Source: Lingula anatina
Lineage: Eukaryota > Animalia > Brachiopoda
Direction of reading: 5' to 3'
NCBI GenBank assembly: GCA_051362555.1
Contig: CM120641.1
Coordinates: 4,154,001 to 4,218,000, forward strand
DNA length: 64,000 nucleotides
Shown piece by piece: positions 23,961-39,132 of the stretch; the first letter of the stretch is position 1; each line of letters begins with the position of its first letter. Made by a program: the position numbers and the translations under genes. Below the pieces are notes generated by a model. The model saw only the letters and a program-made list of their open reading frames with translations, searched no databases and was not told the DNA's origin.

Positions 23961-24484
23961 CAAAAAGGGTATTCACAATGGATGGTCAAGTTACCAACAT
24001 GGAGCCAATTTCCTTTTGTCAAGTTGCCAGAGTTATCACAGATGGAAAAAAATGCTGATAAAGGAGAGAAATGTTTCCCTATTGTGACTTCCCATCAGAA
24101 TTCCCATTTTTAAACTAGTATACATAGTATATGCTTTCATAATAACAAAGGAAAATGTCAAAAAAATGACAAAAATTCAACCTTTGCTTCCATAATAATT
24201 TTCATGTAAAAGTATATATTAGAATATAAATTTGATCACTGATATGATAAATTTCAAATAACATTTTTACAAAACAATCAAAATCTTTGACTGCATTAAA
24301 GTTTTACTAATTAAAATACAGTAACTCACAAAAACTGCATATACAAAGTTTACCAATGTCTTTTTTAACATAAATAAATATATACATTTTAGAAATCTTA
24401 CAAGTAACTAAAGTAATATCAATACTCAGACAAAACATGACTGCTATACATAATGTACTTTCACCAGAAATTCTACAACACACT

Positions 24485-27400
24485 TCAAGATTTAGAAAAA
24501 TAATGATGTAGGGTATTATAAACTGATGTTTTGCTTTTCTTAGGATTATGTCTCCCGGGCTGATTATCAGATTTTCTCTTTGCTGCAGAGGATGGAAAAC
24601 CAGTGGCATTGGTGGAGGCACTTGCACCGTTACACTGTTTCTGTAACTCCAATGCAAAGTGATAGTCCAGGTGTTCAGGTAGCTCCCAAGCCGAGATTTT
24701 CCTACCACATTTCTCACATGTTTGCATGTCCAATTCGTCCACTGCACTTGTGGAAGGATTGCCAGGCAATGGGCCTGTGGTCATTTTCTGGACTGACCCT
24801 ATGTGGTCATTTAATAGCAAAGAAGCTCCCTCTTTGATTTCAAAGTTGTATTCCCGTTGTTCTCTCTCTGCACAATTAACTTTAATATTAGCATTTCCAT
24901 TCAACTTTTCGTAAGTTCCTTGACAAGTTCGTGCATTGGTCAATACTTTACTAAATGCTGAATCATTTTGCACTTTATCACAGTCTACTTCTAATACTTC
25001 ACATACTGCAGAGCCATGATCCCCATCTAGTGCTTCCAGAGAACAGTCAACTTTATCATATTTTGATTCAAAATCCTTTTGAATCAATTTGGAGTTTCTG
25101 TGTGATTCATTCAGAGGCAATTTGGTTACTTTGCTTTTGAAGAAACTTTCAATTCCCCCTCTAATTTTCACAGGAGACTTACTTGCACTAGGACTGGAAT
25201 CATTGTTGACAACAGTTGCACTTATTTTGGACCCTTTTTTACTTTTAGATAAAGGCTTTTGTTTACTTTTGCTGTCACTGACAAGGAATTGCTTGATGGT
25301 GGGGTTAGCAGTATTGGACATTTCATCAAATTTCCCTGCAGACATACCAAGGCATATGATGGCCGGAACCCTATTAAAAATTATATAAATGTTAGTTACT
25401 CATCTTAATAAATGGCTGAAACAAAGATCATGGTGGTCAATATTCTGACAAAAGTGTTGAACATTTTAATTTTTCACTGCAATATTTTTCATTTAATTTT
25501 ATAAGAATACAATGCCAGCTAGAGGAACCAAAAATAAACTATTAAAACTCGAGAATTTTGCCTCATGGAAAAACTAAAATATCCTGCAGTTTTAGTATTT
25601 AAGATTTTTTTAATCATTATGAGAATTAAATATTGTAAGCAGAATTCAAATCAGTCATAATTGAAAATGACACAATATTACCATGCAGACTGATGAGGAC
25701 CAGCAGTGTTGAACTTCTGTAGCAAAGAGAAAGCATCATCACAAATCTTCTTCCTTTCATATTTCACAATCGCACAAGAGCGTGATGACGACACTGGATT
25801 GGGGTTGCTAAGGTAGCGCACACTTACATTTAAGTGTTTAGCAACTCTGTTGTTCTAGAAACAAATGTATTTAATACAGATCTACAAACATGTATTTCAT
25901 GTTAACTCCATGCATGGCCTGGTAAGATTTACCTTTAGGAACAATTCACCTTGCTTTTAGGAATTAACCAAAAAAACAGTTGGACAGGACTGTCCACTAC
26001 CAGAGACAAATTTTGTGAGATTTAAATTTTAAGACGCAAACCTTCATGCCAGTCACCATCTTTGCAAACCAAGAGCACATATCCTAACTTTATTGCCCTT
26101 GACTAAAAAGTAATGTTTCTACTGTCAAATCAGAAAACGAACAAAGTTACGTTCTAATAAGTGAAGATTTCCCCAATTACATGCAGACTTGTGTTATATT
26201 TAATATCACCAATCTTCAGAGAAATACATTAAGAGACAGTATGTGCGTGTCTGTGTGCATGCGAGCATGCGTGTACCTGTGTATGTGCATGAGAACCCCA
26301 CCACATATACAGGATGGCATTATGAATGTACTTGTTTATCACTTGTACTTGTTTACAATCAATCATCACATAATTCTGTGTTACATAAGAGAATTATCTG
26401 TCAAAAGAAATTTTGCCAGACTTTACATACCACTTCTTTGTCTTTGATCAAACGTTCTTCCAACTCTCCAGAAAGTTGATCCAACCAATACCTTACCTAG
26501 AAAGATTTAAAATCTGTACGTTTCAATTTTATCTAACTGGGAGCTGATTTCCGTCTGCTTTAACTACAAATGCAATCATTTCATTTTGAGAAATATGAAA
26601 ATATTTTTAATCAATTCTTTTATTTCATTTTGAGAAATATGATAATATTTCAAATCAATTCTCTTGCAAAACATCCACTAAGTATTATCAGACTTTTCAC
26701 CGAAAACAGACAAGTTGCACTTACTTTTTCCCTGGTGTCAAGGCAGTTCTTTCCAGTGAAATTCTTACTACATCCAATAGACTTTGCCAGTTGTCTGGCT
26801 GACACTGCTTCATGTTCTTCCCCTCTACACACAGCAAACAGCCAAGATCTAAATAAACATTATTACAGTAGGTAAAAAAGGGTTTAAAAGAAATGAACTA
26901 ACACCATTTTTATTCTCAAATTCTACTATGATATGCATAAGTTTATCACCAAATGGAAGTTCCAACTTGAACTGTGAATTCACCACTTTTGACATTTAAA
27001 TGCAATTTCAAAGGAGGTCATTTTATATGTGCATCTACTCTAATACTGTTCATCAATCTTCATAGAGAATTTATGCATAATATTATCAAGTATTTGCTAA
27101 CATTTGCTTGTATATTTTCCAAGTGTTCCATAAGCCAAGTCTTTGAAAACAAATAAAAAACATTTTCTTTAATCCTTTAATATAAAATTACCTTTCATGA
27201 AAATACTGTCTTCCCACATATCCAATATATCATCACTGCACCATTCTGTTATACATACCCAGCTTTTTCTCCAAAATAGTTCTGCAGCTGTTGTTCAGAA
27301 TATTTACAGATGTCTGCCACATTTTCAACTCCCAGTTTTAGAATGACTTCCTCCCCAAACTTCCCACCAAAACCTCTCCTACAGAAAACAATTATGATAC

Positions 27401-29714
27401 TTTTAATTCATTCCCTTGGTTCTACTCATCTTACATGCAATCACAGTATCTGTATAACTCATGTAAATTGTTTTAACAGTTGCAGATGTGCAGATAACCA
27501 ATTTATCTAAAAATGCCATCCAATGTCTTGAGTAAAACCTGTCATTAATTATATAACCATTACTTAATTACCATTCTTTAGTTCTAATATGCTATAAAGG
27601 AAGAACCTTTGCTTGTTCAACACAATTTTCTTTTTTTTTTTTCTAATGTAATAGTCAAATTTAAAATTCAACATGATCCAACTTACAGCTTAGTAACCTT
27701 CAAAGTAGTAAACATTTTATGAACTGATGAATGAGGAAGAACTGTCTGCTTGTTAGGCTTATGTACGCCACAGGAAAACTTTGCTAGCATCTGAAAAATA
27801 TTTATAAATGAAGATATGATAGTCAAGTTACCAAAGTAGGCATATTGTGATCTAGTCCAAAAGAAGCCATTTTTAAAAAACCTTGTGTTACTCCTTGTCC
27901 CCTCTTGCTAGGCCTAGGTCAATCAAAAACTAAGGTTGCTTTATGGCCAAGGTAACTTTTATCCAGATGATGCATGTGTCAAGCACTTATGCCAAAAATT
28001 GTGATCAAGTCAAATAAAACTGAAATATCTTAGTGAAAACGACATCTAAGAAATGGAGAAAAAACACTCAGCTTACAACTAGTTTTCAAAAGGAAAATTA
28101 TTTGTTATAATGTAATAACTTGTTCTTCACCTTATTGTGAGCAATACCAGCTGAACACCTGAACCCAGTTTCCTTGTACACAGCAGCCCTCATCTCCTCT
28201 GCTATGACAGCCCCCACAGCCAGCCTCAGGTCCTGGTCACTGACAGCGTCATAACATGTGGACAGCCAGTCCTTAACTCCTTGCTCACGGAGATCTGAGG
28301 AGGAAAATGGATAGTCAAACAGCCACAGCTTATCAACTTTGAAAAATAAATTATTGCACTTGTTTTCACCTCTGAATGAGACCTGCATCAAAAACTACAT
28401 TATAAAAAGTATATGCATTTGTAAATGTCAAAATGATAGGTCACATTTAACATGTAACGCAGACTTCAGATTGCTGCTTATTTTACACAATTTTACCATA
28501 TATTCTAAAACTTCTGACGAGTACGAATCATGGATAGGAACACAGGAAAATTCTACCCATCCCTAAGCCTTCACTGAAATTCCCTTGCAAGAAACAAAAC
28601 AAATAAAAAAATTAGCACTTTTTTTTAAACAGAAATCCTCAAAAAAATTTTAAAATCTACGAAAGATACCTAAGCCATCTTGTGTCTTCTGGCTATCTTC
28701 ACCCTCCCATCCTACAACATAAGTGTTCTGGAGTTGACTTGCAAGTATCCTGGTGTTCCCTATTTCATTTAGCCTCTCCTCAACTTCTGCAGTGAGGTCA
28801 AGATATGCCTCGTCAATACTGGCCCTCTCTACACATTTACAGAACTTGGACAAAGTTGCAATCACTTCTGCTCCTGCTTCTCTGAATCTGGGAAGAGCAG
28901 TGATAAACAGATAGAATTTTCTTTATTTAAGTTCTGTTGACTGACATCTTTTGTTGATTTTATCCTGGCAATAAATATACTCAAGAAAAAAATGAAATAA
29001 TTTCTACACTTCAACTAAACAACAATTACGAGAAAGTGACTATAAATTAATTTTGTAATCAACCAGTCTTTCTGATACAAGAATCTTCAACTTTTAAATT
29101 ATAATAATGCCTACATTTTTAAATCTCAATAACAACTCACTTAGTAAGATCAGCCTTCCCTCTTACTTCTGGCACTCGACAGAGAACAATATCTGGACAT
29201 TTTTTCTTGGCCTCATCTCCTCTCATCTGCCTGGTTACACCACAGGCTCTGGCTTCATAACCCACGGCAATTATACTGTAAAACAAACTCTTAACTCGTG
29301 AGCATTGACATCTATCAACTTAGTATAAAAATGATTTTACTTCTTACTTATCAAAGACATGCGATGCAACTCAATGACACAAAGTGAGATTTTTTTCTTA
29401 AAATTTGTTACAAAGTGAAAGAGAATATTTCGCACAAAGAAAGGTGTGTAACATGTGTCATTCCACTTCATTTACTAAATTACTACAAAAATCTTCACAA
29501 TCTTTAAAGATCAGTAAACCAAATACTTCTTGCTTATGCACACATGCCACTGATCAAACTATTTAGCATTATGTCAAGCAATCACTCACCCTCCTCCTTT
29601 CCATGCATTATACTGTACTACAGCACATGGTTTTCCTTTCAGTGCTGGGTTAAGTCTCTGTTCCACTTGTACATAGAAACAGTCCATATCCACCAAAGCT
29701 ATAACTCTGTCCAT
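24485..29714 (-). CDS. POLH: DNA polymerase eta (Y-family translesion polymerase)
   Basis: Exons 29714-29590, 29275-29141, 28887-28670, 28294-28131, 27790-27687, 27378-27259, 26848-26725, 26496-26431, 25854-25682, 25370-24485. Motifs: VIALVDMDCFYVQVE, VERASIDEAYLD, CSAGIAHNK, AKSIGCSKNF, UBZ finger CEKCGRKISAWELPEHLDYHFA, basic NLS-like stretch and C-terminal PIP-like TLHHYF. Confidence 0.95.
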
Positions 29715-30214
29715 GGTCTTCTGAATTCTGAAAAAAAAAGGACACAAAACTTCTGTTTATAAAAATAAGCTTTAAAAGACATTAATACCAATCATTAATA
29801 CCTCCCCCCCCCCCCCAGTATTACCCTCCAACACAGCCAGTATATATCAGAACCGTCAACAGGAGTGCTAATGAATGGATTTTTGTGCTACTCCATAATA
29901 GGTTGCATATGAGGTGAGTAGGTTAATCAATGTCTCTGCTACTCAAATTAGTCTGGGAATTTATTAATTATCAATATTTTTGGTTAAACTATTAAACTTT
30001 CAAGTTCTTAGACTTGTGAGACTATTTATGTGATCAATACCCGTTACAGGTAAGGCCATCATTCTATGGCCAGTTCTTGCGTTGGCGTTGCATAATCTCA
30101 CTAGTAAACTCAATGACATTGTTAGCTCATTCCCAGAGTGTTCTATCTACAGAAATCTAAATACATGGAAAAATATGTGCATATAACGTCTTATCAGTGA
30201 AAAATACATCCCTT

Positions 30215-30850
30215 ACCCCTTCAGGTATCATTAAATGTTTAATCCGACTGATTCATCTCTTCCCTCAATTTTTTAGGTAAACCATTTCTGATCTTCTTTT
30301 ACTGAAGAGCTAATAAGGTGAAGGTCACTTGGTAGGTAAACGATCATTTTTTGATAAAAAAAAATATGCAGATTTTCCAAGCACTAGACAAGTTTTTGTG
30401 CTTCTGAAGTATTTTAATTTTTTCTCGGTTTAAGGAAGGCGACAGCTGTGGCACAGGTGTACCATCTAATATCTGCTGATAACTCAATTTACTTTTGTTT
30501 CAAACCACCCAAAACGGTGCAGGAAGCGATGTTTGTTTACAGAGGCGTTAAGTTATTATGTTAAGTAGCTGTGCAAAGTGAAACTAGGATGCAGATCATG
30601 CAGTTGTGTTGATTCGTGCCCGGTGCATTAGTGCGCCCCTTATCTCTGTTTGCGTAAGCAGTGAGATATGATAGCGACTGTTCATACCTGATTCCACAGC
30701 ATTTAGATTAGACCTACAGTAGTGGGTTACATGTACATGTACAGCGTACTGATATCGGATCTACTGGACTGGTATTAGAAGTGTATACACAGCAATGTTG
30801 TCCCGCGTCATTTTATAGGGCGCGGGTTACATGTTTTTTATGTGCTGAAA
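30215..30850. promoter_or_regulatory. Putative bidirectional promoter and 5'UTR exons for POLH and FRMD8
   Basis: Divergent genes, a minus-strand donor near 30215, a plus-strand donor near 30332, and local CpG enrichment. Confidence 0.45.
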
Positions 30851-31237
30851 CTTTATTATCTTTACATACAGTACAACATAATGGCAAGTATCGGTGTTTG
30901 TGGCAGCCAATTGAGCTTAATGTTGTTTGATCTAATCCAAACTGAAATATGTGAAGTTGACGTCCATGGCATGATAACTTAGCTTGAAGTTTAGTTTTCT
31001 CCAGTTATTTAAACATAAATCCAGTATCAGAACCTCCACTATTTACCCTTGTTTATTTATTCTTGATTATTTTCGGCTTATAGAATATATTATCAGTTTA
31101 TCTTATTATAAAATTTAAAAACTGATAAAATATTCTCTTGTCGCACAACTAAAAAAATGTTACATTTATGATTTAAGGAAAATTTTAAGAAAAAAACGGG
31201 TGACCAAGACCCAGAAGAAGAGGTCCACTTGCTGACC

Positions 31238-34200
31238 ATGGAAGACCACCCAGGGGACAGTGGCCAAACAGCTGCAAGCAAGGAACAGGAATTGCAAGGT
31301 AGCACTCATATAGACACAGAAGATAGTGTCAAGATTCCTCCCCCTCCTGAGTTTGAAAGAAGGCGAAGTCAGCGTGAACGCGGTTCATTTAAAGGTGACA
31401 ATTATGGGTAGAACACATCTGCTGCAGATATTTGCTTGTTTACAACATTAGGCTTTGTTCCAGAGCAGCATTTTTGTTTTGCATTGCATTATATCTGAGT
31501 GAGGGTTGACCTTCCTTCAAATTGTGTGTAACATTCTTAGTATTTTTTTGTTTTTGTTTTTGCTGTACTGATGTGTTATATGCAGTAGAGATGTACAATC
31601 AAGAGATTACTAACATTTTAAAAGCTTTTAACATCAACAAGGGAAGGAAAAAATTTACTTACTGGTATGCATATTTCTTGCTTTCAACTAAATCCACTAA
31701 AATGAACATTTTAAAAGCTTCAGTTATGGATTAGTTAATATCTGTTTTGCTATTAACCTTTTATTTGAAATCTCCAGTAACATAATTGCATGTAAAATAT
31801 TTGCTTATGTAAGAACATATTTAATGCATTATTTAATGTTAAACACTCAACTTGCTCTCGTTTTTCTGAAAAGGTATGAATACTTCTGTAATCTGTGCTC
31901 TTCTCTGCCTTTCTGCTTGTTATATATAATCTATTCACTGTTAATTTACAGTTTTCTATTTTTTCCTTACAGATTAAGGTTGCATTTCATTAGTTAATGA
32001 ATTTTTTTTTTATATCTGATATGTATGTTCTGCACATTTTTTCACGCATTCTATCTTAATTCTTTTTAATGAAAGTCTCAAAGACGGCATTAAATGGATA
32101 AATTTACATTACATATAACAAGGTATATATCATTTCTAGTGTAAATTAAACTGTATTTGCATGAGACATGTTATTCTATATTAATTACTGATAATGGGTT
32201 TAATATAATTAAATCTGGTCATGATTTAAAAAGTAAAATTCTAGAAGTAATTTTTATTTGAACTAGTTTTTACTACTAGTACAGATCTGCTTGTGAACAT
32301 CATCAAATGTTAGAACTGCACAAATATTGACAAGCTGTGGCAGTATAACTATGTTGTTATGTTTACACAGTTATTCACCTTGATGTTTACTCATACAGCA
32401 CACACAGTTTAATATTTTATTTGGGCTATAATTGACTTGTGCATGTATGCATTTATTGCTCTAATTGGCGACCCTGGAACCCACAGATTTTGAGATGTAT
32501 AAGACACTCCAAGGCATGTCATATTTATCACCAATTATGTAGTAGACATTGGTAGTAGTACATGATATTGAAACAGTAATTTTTCATTTCAAAGTAAGCT
32601 TTCTCCATCTTTTTACAGCCAGTAGGAAGCTACATGTAACATGGGCAGGCTTGGAACAAGGTGTATATATGAGCTTTGTACTGTAAGGTGGATGTTGTAG
32701 TATTGTTGAGATGTGTTCTGCACCAAGTTTGTCAAAATTGGACATGAGTTGACTTAAACTGATTTCACATATATTTTAAAGTCATTGAATCCACGTGGAC
32801 TTATAATTTACATAATTGTTGTTTTTTTAATGTATGATTTGATTTGATTTTATTTCAATACATACAAGAAGTACTATTTCATTTTTACATTTTTCTTCGT
32901 CTGCAATAGTGAAGGGGATGCTGGAAATATTAATATTGTCATTTAGGTAACATCTTAGCTTTGGAATAAGTACCCCTTGAAAAAATACTAGAGTATGTAA
33001 AATATTAGATATGTTGATGATGTATATTTGTTGATGTGTGCACATCCATATTTTATGCTTTTATGACTATATTTCTGTTGATTTTACTATAAAGTACAGA
33101 CTGCTTCAATTGAAATGGGTTTGCTTTGATTATTGAAACAACATATGTACATTTCAGAATGATCTGATGCTCAAAGAACCAGCTATTACTCTCTGTCACA
33201 ATTATATATTTTCTAAAAGCCTGCTGTATCTTTGCATCTGTTCATTTGTTTGATAAACTGCAATTTCTGTAAGAAAAATGAAATATCAGACAAGACTAAC
33301 TTTATACATGTATAGATTTATTCTGGACAAAGATTATCGATATTTTAATTCTTTCTGACTTATTCTATAGATTTTAAATAATTACACCACATATAAATTA
33401 CTAGTCAGAATAAAATTACTACAAAATCAATACTGTAAACAGTGATAATTTTTTATGGCTTCAGTTAAATTTTTTGTTTTCTTTTCAGATGATAAAACGT
33501 CTACACCTCAGAAGACGAGACCGCCACCTCTTGCAGCCCCTCAAATATCTCTCTCACCAAAGGGTAAGTTTCTTAGATATTTGGCTGGGGATATTTCCTG
33601 GTGGCATTGATTCACTGTTCTCTTGTTTTTATGACTCATTAAAGTGATTGTGCGTAATGATGACAGTACAAATTTTTTTTTCGGTTCATGTCATGAGATT
33701 TACTATCCTTATCAGGCAAAAGATAAGCTGTGTACAAGGAAGTGTGGTAATCATTGTCAGAAAATGAAGAAAACATATGCATAATTTAAAACAAGGCGCC
33801 AGTAATCTTTTTTGTTGTTGTTTCATTAAATGTAGGTCGGTAAGAAGTGATATCAAGTAGGATATAGATGGGAAATGTTCTACTTATGAAGCAAAGGATC
33901 TCAGTCAAATTTATTTAATTTTTGTAAAATTTATGTAATTCCAGCCATGGATATCTGTGTCTTCCTCCCAGACATGACTGGGATACAGATGACTCTGGAA
34001 GATGGCAAGAATGCTACAGCTAGTGAAATATTTGAACTGGTGAAAGAGGAGCTTGAACTTCCTGCATCTTCGGCCTCTATATTTTCACTTTGGCTGACAT
34101 CTCCTTTACTTGGTCAGTGCTATAAGGAACACTGAGTATTGTATAGGCATAAACCTTGAAAATAATTTAATGTTTTATACCTGTTTTAAATTATATATGC

Positions 34201-37200
34201 ATTGCTGTTTTTTTCTCTACACAGTCAGATTTATGTAATGGAATTAGTGTTTTATATCATAGCTCATTATACATCTCTTGGTACCTATGATACAGACATA
34301 GTACATTTACAGCAAAAAAAATTACACCTTTTGCACCCTTTCAGAAGTTCAACTGAAACCTCACCATAGCCCATTCAAGTTAACTATGCAGTGGGATGAA
34401 TTTTTGAGGAAATATACAGTGGAAACAGAAGATGAAATATTAAGAGGTGACTCTTAAAAAGAAAAATATTTTGTCATTGAAAGTTTTTGGTATTTTACAA
34501 AGTTTTTTTTTCAATTTACTTGATATTTTCGTGAGTGAATGAGTGGTATTTAATAATGATTATCTTTGCAGATGAACCATCTTTGGTTTTCCAGAGAAGT
34601 GTGTACTGTTCCAGAGCAAGAGAGGAGATGGTAAGCTTAGTTGTCTATTGATATTTTAACTCTGACTGTGTTGTGAGGCTGGGAGAATATGCCAAATAAA
34701 TTTGTTGATTGAACTTTTCTGTATCTCCACAATTGAATATGTTTAAGATAAGTACATTGGAAAAGTATTTCTCTATGCATTGCAGAGTGTTTAATGATAT
34801 CCATACTCTAGATAAGATATGATTAATAAGATAAACATTCATTTTAGGTCTCAAACAACACAAGATTAATGATGAATTTTAAAAGTGAGTCACGCAAATG
34901 TAATTTTATTTTCTTCCAGGAGGCAGATCCCAAAGTGCTGCACCTGCTCTACCAAGAAGCAGTGCGTAATGTTGTAGAAGGCAGATATCCATGTGAAGAA
35001 GAAGTATATCTGAGATTAGCTGGACTGCAGGCATTAGAAACAATGGGAGCGTATAACCCAGAGACTCACACTGAAGATATTTATGAGTACGTTACACTTT
35101 TCAGAAAGATATTTGGAAACAAGATATTATTATAGCATACTTATCAACACTGAATGCACTTCACAAAACATTTTGGCAGATATGCAAACAACATGTTGTT
35201 TTTGCCTGCATTTCCATTAGAGCAATTAACTGAGTTAAACAAGCATCCTTCTTTATAAGCGCTTCACGGCATGTAAGGTAATTAAGATTTTTTTCTTTAT
35301 TGGTGCAGCATTACTTGACACACAAATATCCTTTTTATTATTGTTAAAATATAATACTTGTACCTTTTAATCATTATTTTATTTTTCGTAGAAAAGAGCT
35401 TCATCAATATTTCCCAGATTATGTGATATCTCATGGACAAAAGAAACTGTCCCGGCTGTTCTCAAGCACAAAGCACCCTTTGGTGTACAGGTTAGTGCAC
35501 AGTCACCAGGAGTTCTCTCAAAAGAAAAGAGAATCCATGGACATCTACAGAGAATACATGCAGATATGTTGGCAGTTCCCATTTTATGGGTGAGTGTAGA
35601 CTGTAACATGTACTAAGCAAAGTAACCGCCTCTCTCTCTCTCTTTGTTATGAATTATGAAATGGTTCAACTTTTTAGTTCTTTTAACTGGTCTTTTTTGT
35701 CAGCTAGCATAACTTTATATCATCAAGAAGCAACGTAACATGTTATAGAATTAAATTTTAAAGGAAGCAAATAGATTCTGCTGAGAAGCTTATATATGTG
35801 CACTTTTTTGGAGAACATTTTGTGTCAATATATGTGGAATTCGACACTCAAATCCATCACAGCTTCCTAATATAAATTCTTCACCAATGCTATCCCTGTG
35901 TTGTTTCAGGAGTGCTTATTTCCATGGTCAGATAGAGAAGCCTGCAGGTGTGCTGGCAAAGATTGGCATACAGCGCAACCCTGACACTGAAATTACTGTA
36001 GCTGTGAACAGAGAGGGGATATTTGTCATAGATTCAAGCAAGGCAGTAAGTGACAGAATATGCAAGGCTTTGTAGTTAGGCTTTGTTTTTGTGAAATGAT
36101 GTTTATGTCTGAAACACTGAGGTACAAATAGGATATACGAAAGATAAAGGACTATACTGCTCAAAATTTGATGGATGCCTACAATTGTCCAGTAGCTGTA
36201 GTTGATCCTAAGGGATTTTACTGAAGAGTTCTTATGGTTTTTATGCAGATTCATCTTGATAGTCATTCATTTACAGAGTTTAATACTTGGTCTACCTTAT
36301 GAAGACTTGTCTTGGGAGTATGCGGAGTCGGGATCAGCCAAAGACAACCCAAACTGTCAACCATGTTTGTTCCTGCAGTTTGAGGCCACAGAAAATAACA
36401 CGACGGTCACAAAATTATTACAAATCTTCTCTAAGGAGGTAAAATGTGCACATTTTTAGTTATGATATTTTTGAGTACCTGGCTGTGAAACAAGTTTCAG
36501 ATTTTGATGTAACTATAGAAAAATTCATATAATATTATTTATTTATCACCATTTTATAACATTAATATGCCTATGTGAAAAGATATAAAATTTATATTTA
36601 TGTATATTTTTATTTTCTTCTCCTGTTTGGACTGGTGGCACTGTTTTCTGTATAGCTGGTTGACTAATCCCTGTGTTAAGATTAACTTTTTTTATGGAAA
36701 ACAAGACAATTTAGACAAACAATGGAATTTTCATTTGTTTTTGGATTTTAGGCCAAACTGATGGATGCCCTGATAGAGACTTGTGTAGCAATCCTTCAGG
36801 AGACAGAAGTTGAACCTGCCATATTAAAGGAAGAACATGCTCAAGCCCAGGCAACTCCAGACAATGCAGACCTGGACTGTGTAGATGCACCATTGCCAAA
36901 GGAAAAAAGGGGTGAGATTTGATTTAACATAATAATGACACATGAATCACAGTAGTGCAATAAATTTTCCCACTTCAAGTAAGTGAATAATTTTCACATT
37001 TTATTATTTATCATATTGTAAAATTATATCAACTGATGGTTATCACTTCTCCCTAGAATATATGACTTAGGATAAAAAGGCCCAATGTTTATTATCTTTT
37101 TTTTCAGGGCAGCTATTTAAAAGTCTTCAGTCAGGACAACTTTGTAATAAGATGGACAAATTATGCCTTGCCACATTCAGTGTAGAAGGTATGCAACTTT

Positions 37201-37479
37201 ATAGTTTAATGAGATAATAATTGGGTTAACTCTCTATTCTTCCCATCCCTTCAGTGGTCAGGAGGGTGAATTTGTTCTTGAAGCTTTTCATAATAATAGA
37301 AATTTAGTTTTTAATTTACTTAAAAGTTAAAAGCTCAAAAATGTGTCTTTTTAATCCATGAGGCACAGAACATAAATTTTATTGAAGAAATAAATTTTGT
37401 GTCCTTTCTTTATTAGTTCTGTAATTGTTTATGTTTTACAGGTGAATGCATTGATAAAGGTAATGTAAGGACGCCCTAG
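31238..37479 (+). CDS. FRMD8: FERM domain-containing protein 8 (iTAP)-like
   Basis: Exons 31238-31394, 33489-33563, 33945-34112, 34345-34446, 34572-34630, 34920-35086, 35392-35589, 35910-36045, 36277-36438, 36752-36911, 37108-37188, 37442-37479. Motifs: FSLWLTSPLLEVQLKPHH, DEPSLVFQRSV, LLYQEAVRNVVEGRYPC, CWQFPFYGSAYFHGQIE, LLQIFSKEAKLMDALI. Confidence 0.88.
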
Positions 37480-38860
37480 GAACTAGAACCATGCAGTCAC
37501 TGGGAGGTTGAATCAATTTCTGAAACTTAAATGACCAAAGATAATGCAAAATTGTAGTTACAAAACCATGGATTATAAATCCCTGTAAAAAAAGAAAGAC
37601 CAGTCTTTTGCACTATTATAGTAAAAAGATCATAGATTATGCAGTTGTGTAGAGGAAAAAATACCTTAGATTGTGTAATATAATTTGAAAAAAAAAATGT
37701 CATAGAGCGAGCTATGTTGAAAAAAATCAAGGTCATCTGTCACCCACAGAAGGTCAACCCATCTATTGAATATAAGATGGTGCTCAAACCTTTTTTCTGT
37801 ACTATGAAGGCACCAGGTGTTGGTGTCCCAGGTATTTTGACTATGTTTTCATTTTAGTTTTATCATCACTATTATTCTCATCACTTAAGTCTAGGGTGAT
37901 ATGCTGTTATACAGACCGAAGAAGAGATATCAATTGAGGTTATCATTTTATAAAGATCTGCAAAACTACACTTTAACTAAAATAAAAAGTTGAAAATTAT
38001 TTTATTATTTTAATATCTGAATGTCAGTTATCTCCGAGATAACACCAAAAGTTGCAATATAACTTTCATTTGACATTATTGTTGTCTGGTCAGTGGTCAC
38101 ACACACTGGTCAATATTATGTTTGGTGATGACTTCATTGGTCAATTTGATGTTTTATCAGACAAATTCATGGATATAAGATATGCCTACTATTATGTACA
38201 GATATATTATAATATATTTAAAATACCTTAAGCCAAGTTTCCTCTCTTTATGAGACTTAGTAAAACTGGTTTCCTGCTTAAGTGTCTGCCATTTACTTAA
38301 AGCAGATAGCAAATGAGTACACATCACTATAAGTGTTGTTTTGACATCAGTTGAGGCAATGATGTATCATTGTGTAAGTAAAATGTGTCCAGGATTTTTT
38401 TGCAACTTTGTCCACTTAGTCATTGTCAAATATACAAAGAATCTTTCTGCATTTGATTTGATATTTGTCTTTGCAGCTCAGAATGGAAAAAAATTTAAAA
38501 ACCATGGTCTACAGCTACCTTTGACCACCAAAGCATTGCAGTTTATCAGACACATAGCACTATCTAGTTAAAATGTTCCCCTTGAATGGTGCAATTGGGT
38601 TTCAGTTTATTAATAGACACTCCTTATATAGGTGTATGTAATATATTTGTAAAGATGTTCATTTTGATACCATATACTAGTACCTAACCATTTTTTTTTC
38701 ATTAAATAAAAAATTGAAACAAATTTTACCATTTTCTAGTTATCCATTTATAGATACATAAGTTGCAAGAGTAAATAACCTGTAGCATATATGAATACAC
38801 TATAAATAAACTATAAGAACCAGTTTCTCTTGCAACTTAAATCCACATGCCAATATTTGA

Positions 38861-39132
38861 AACTAGAAATGCATTCAGAGAGGGTAGACCTCTGCCAAAG
38901 TGCTAATATATTGTGGTAGTTGAGAGCACAGCCATTGCGCAACGTCATTGACCTATCTCTCAATGGTGAAGTACACATTCTTAAACCCAGATCACTGATC
39001 ACCACCAGTATCATTCCACTTCATGTTAGCCTATTGCTGAACTATCCTGTAAAATTCGTCAAAATCCATCTGAAACAGTTTGATTTCGGCTGGTGATGAA
39101 CAGAGAGACATAACCTCACTGGCGCTAGTAAT
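38861..39132 (-). mobile_element. Helentron/HINE (DINE-1-like) non-autonomous element, degenerate
   Basis: On the minus strand it starts ATTACTAGCGCCAGTGAGGTTATG and ends TTGGCAGAGGTCTACCCTCTCTGAATGCATTTCTAGTT. This resembles the remembered TTACCTCCGCCAAGGAGG...TTGGCGGAGGT-hairpin-CTAGT layout of these elements. Confidence 0.6.

Noticed and set aside
28295-28669. Possible U12-type intron in POLH (donor GTATCTTT)
   Set aside because: No TCCTTAAC-like branch point near the acceptor, and a normal pyrimidine tract is present.
30795-30835. Small GC hairpin upstream of the FRMD8 coding region as a possible ncRNA
   Set aside because: Short imperfect stem with no C/D, H/ACA or tRNA features.
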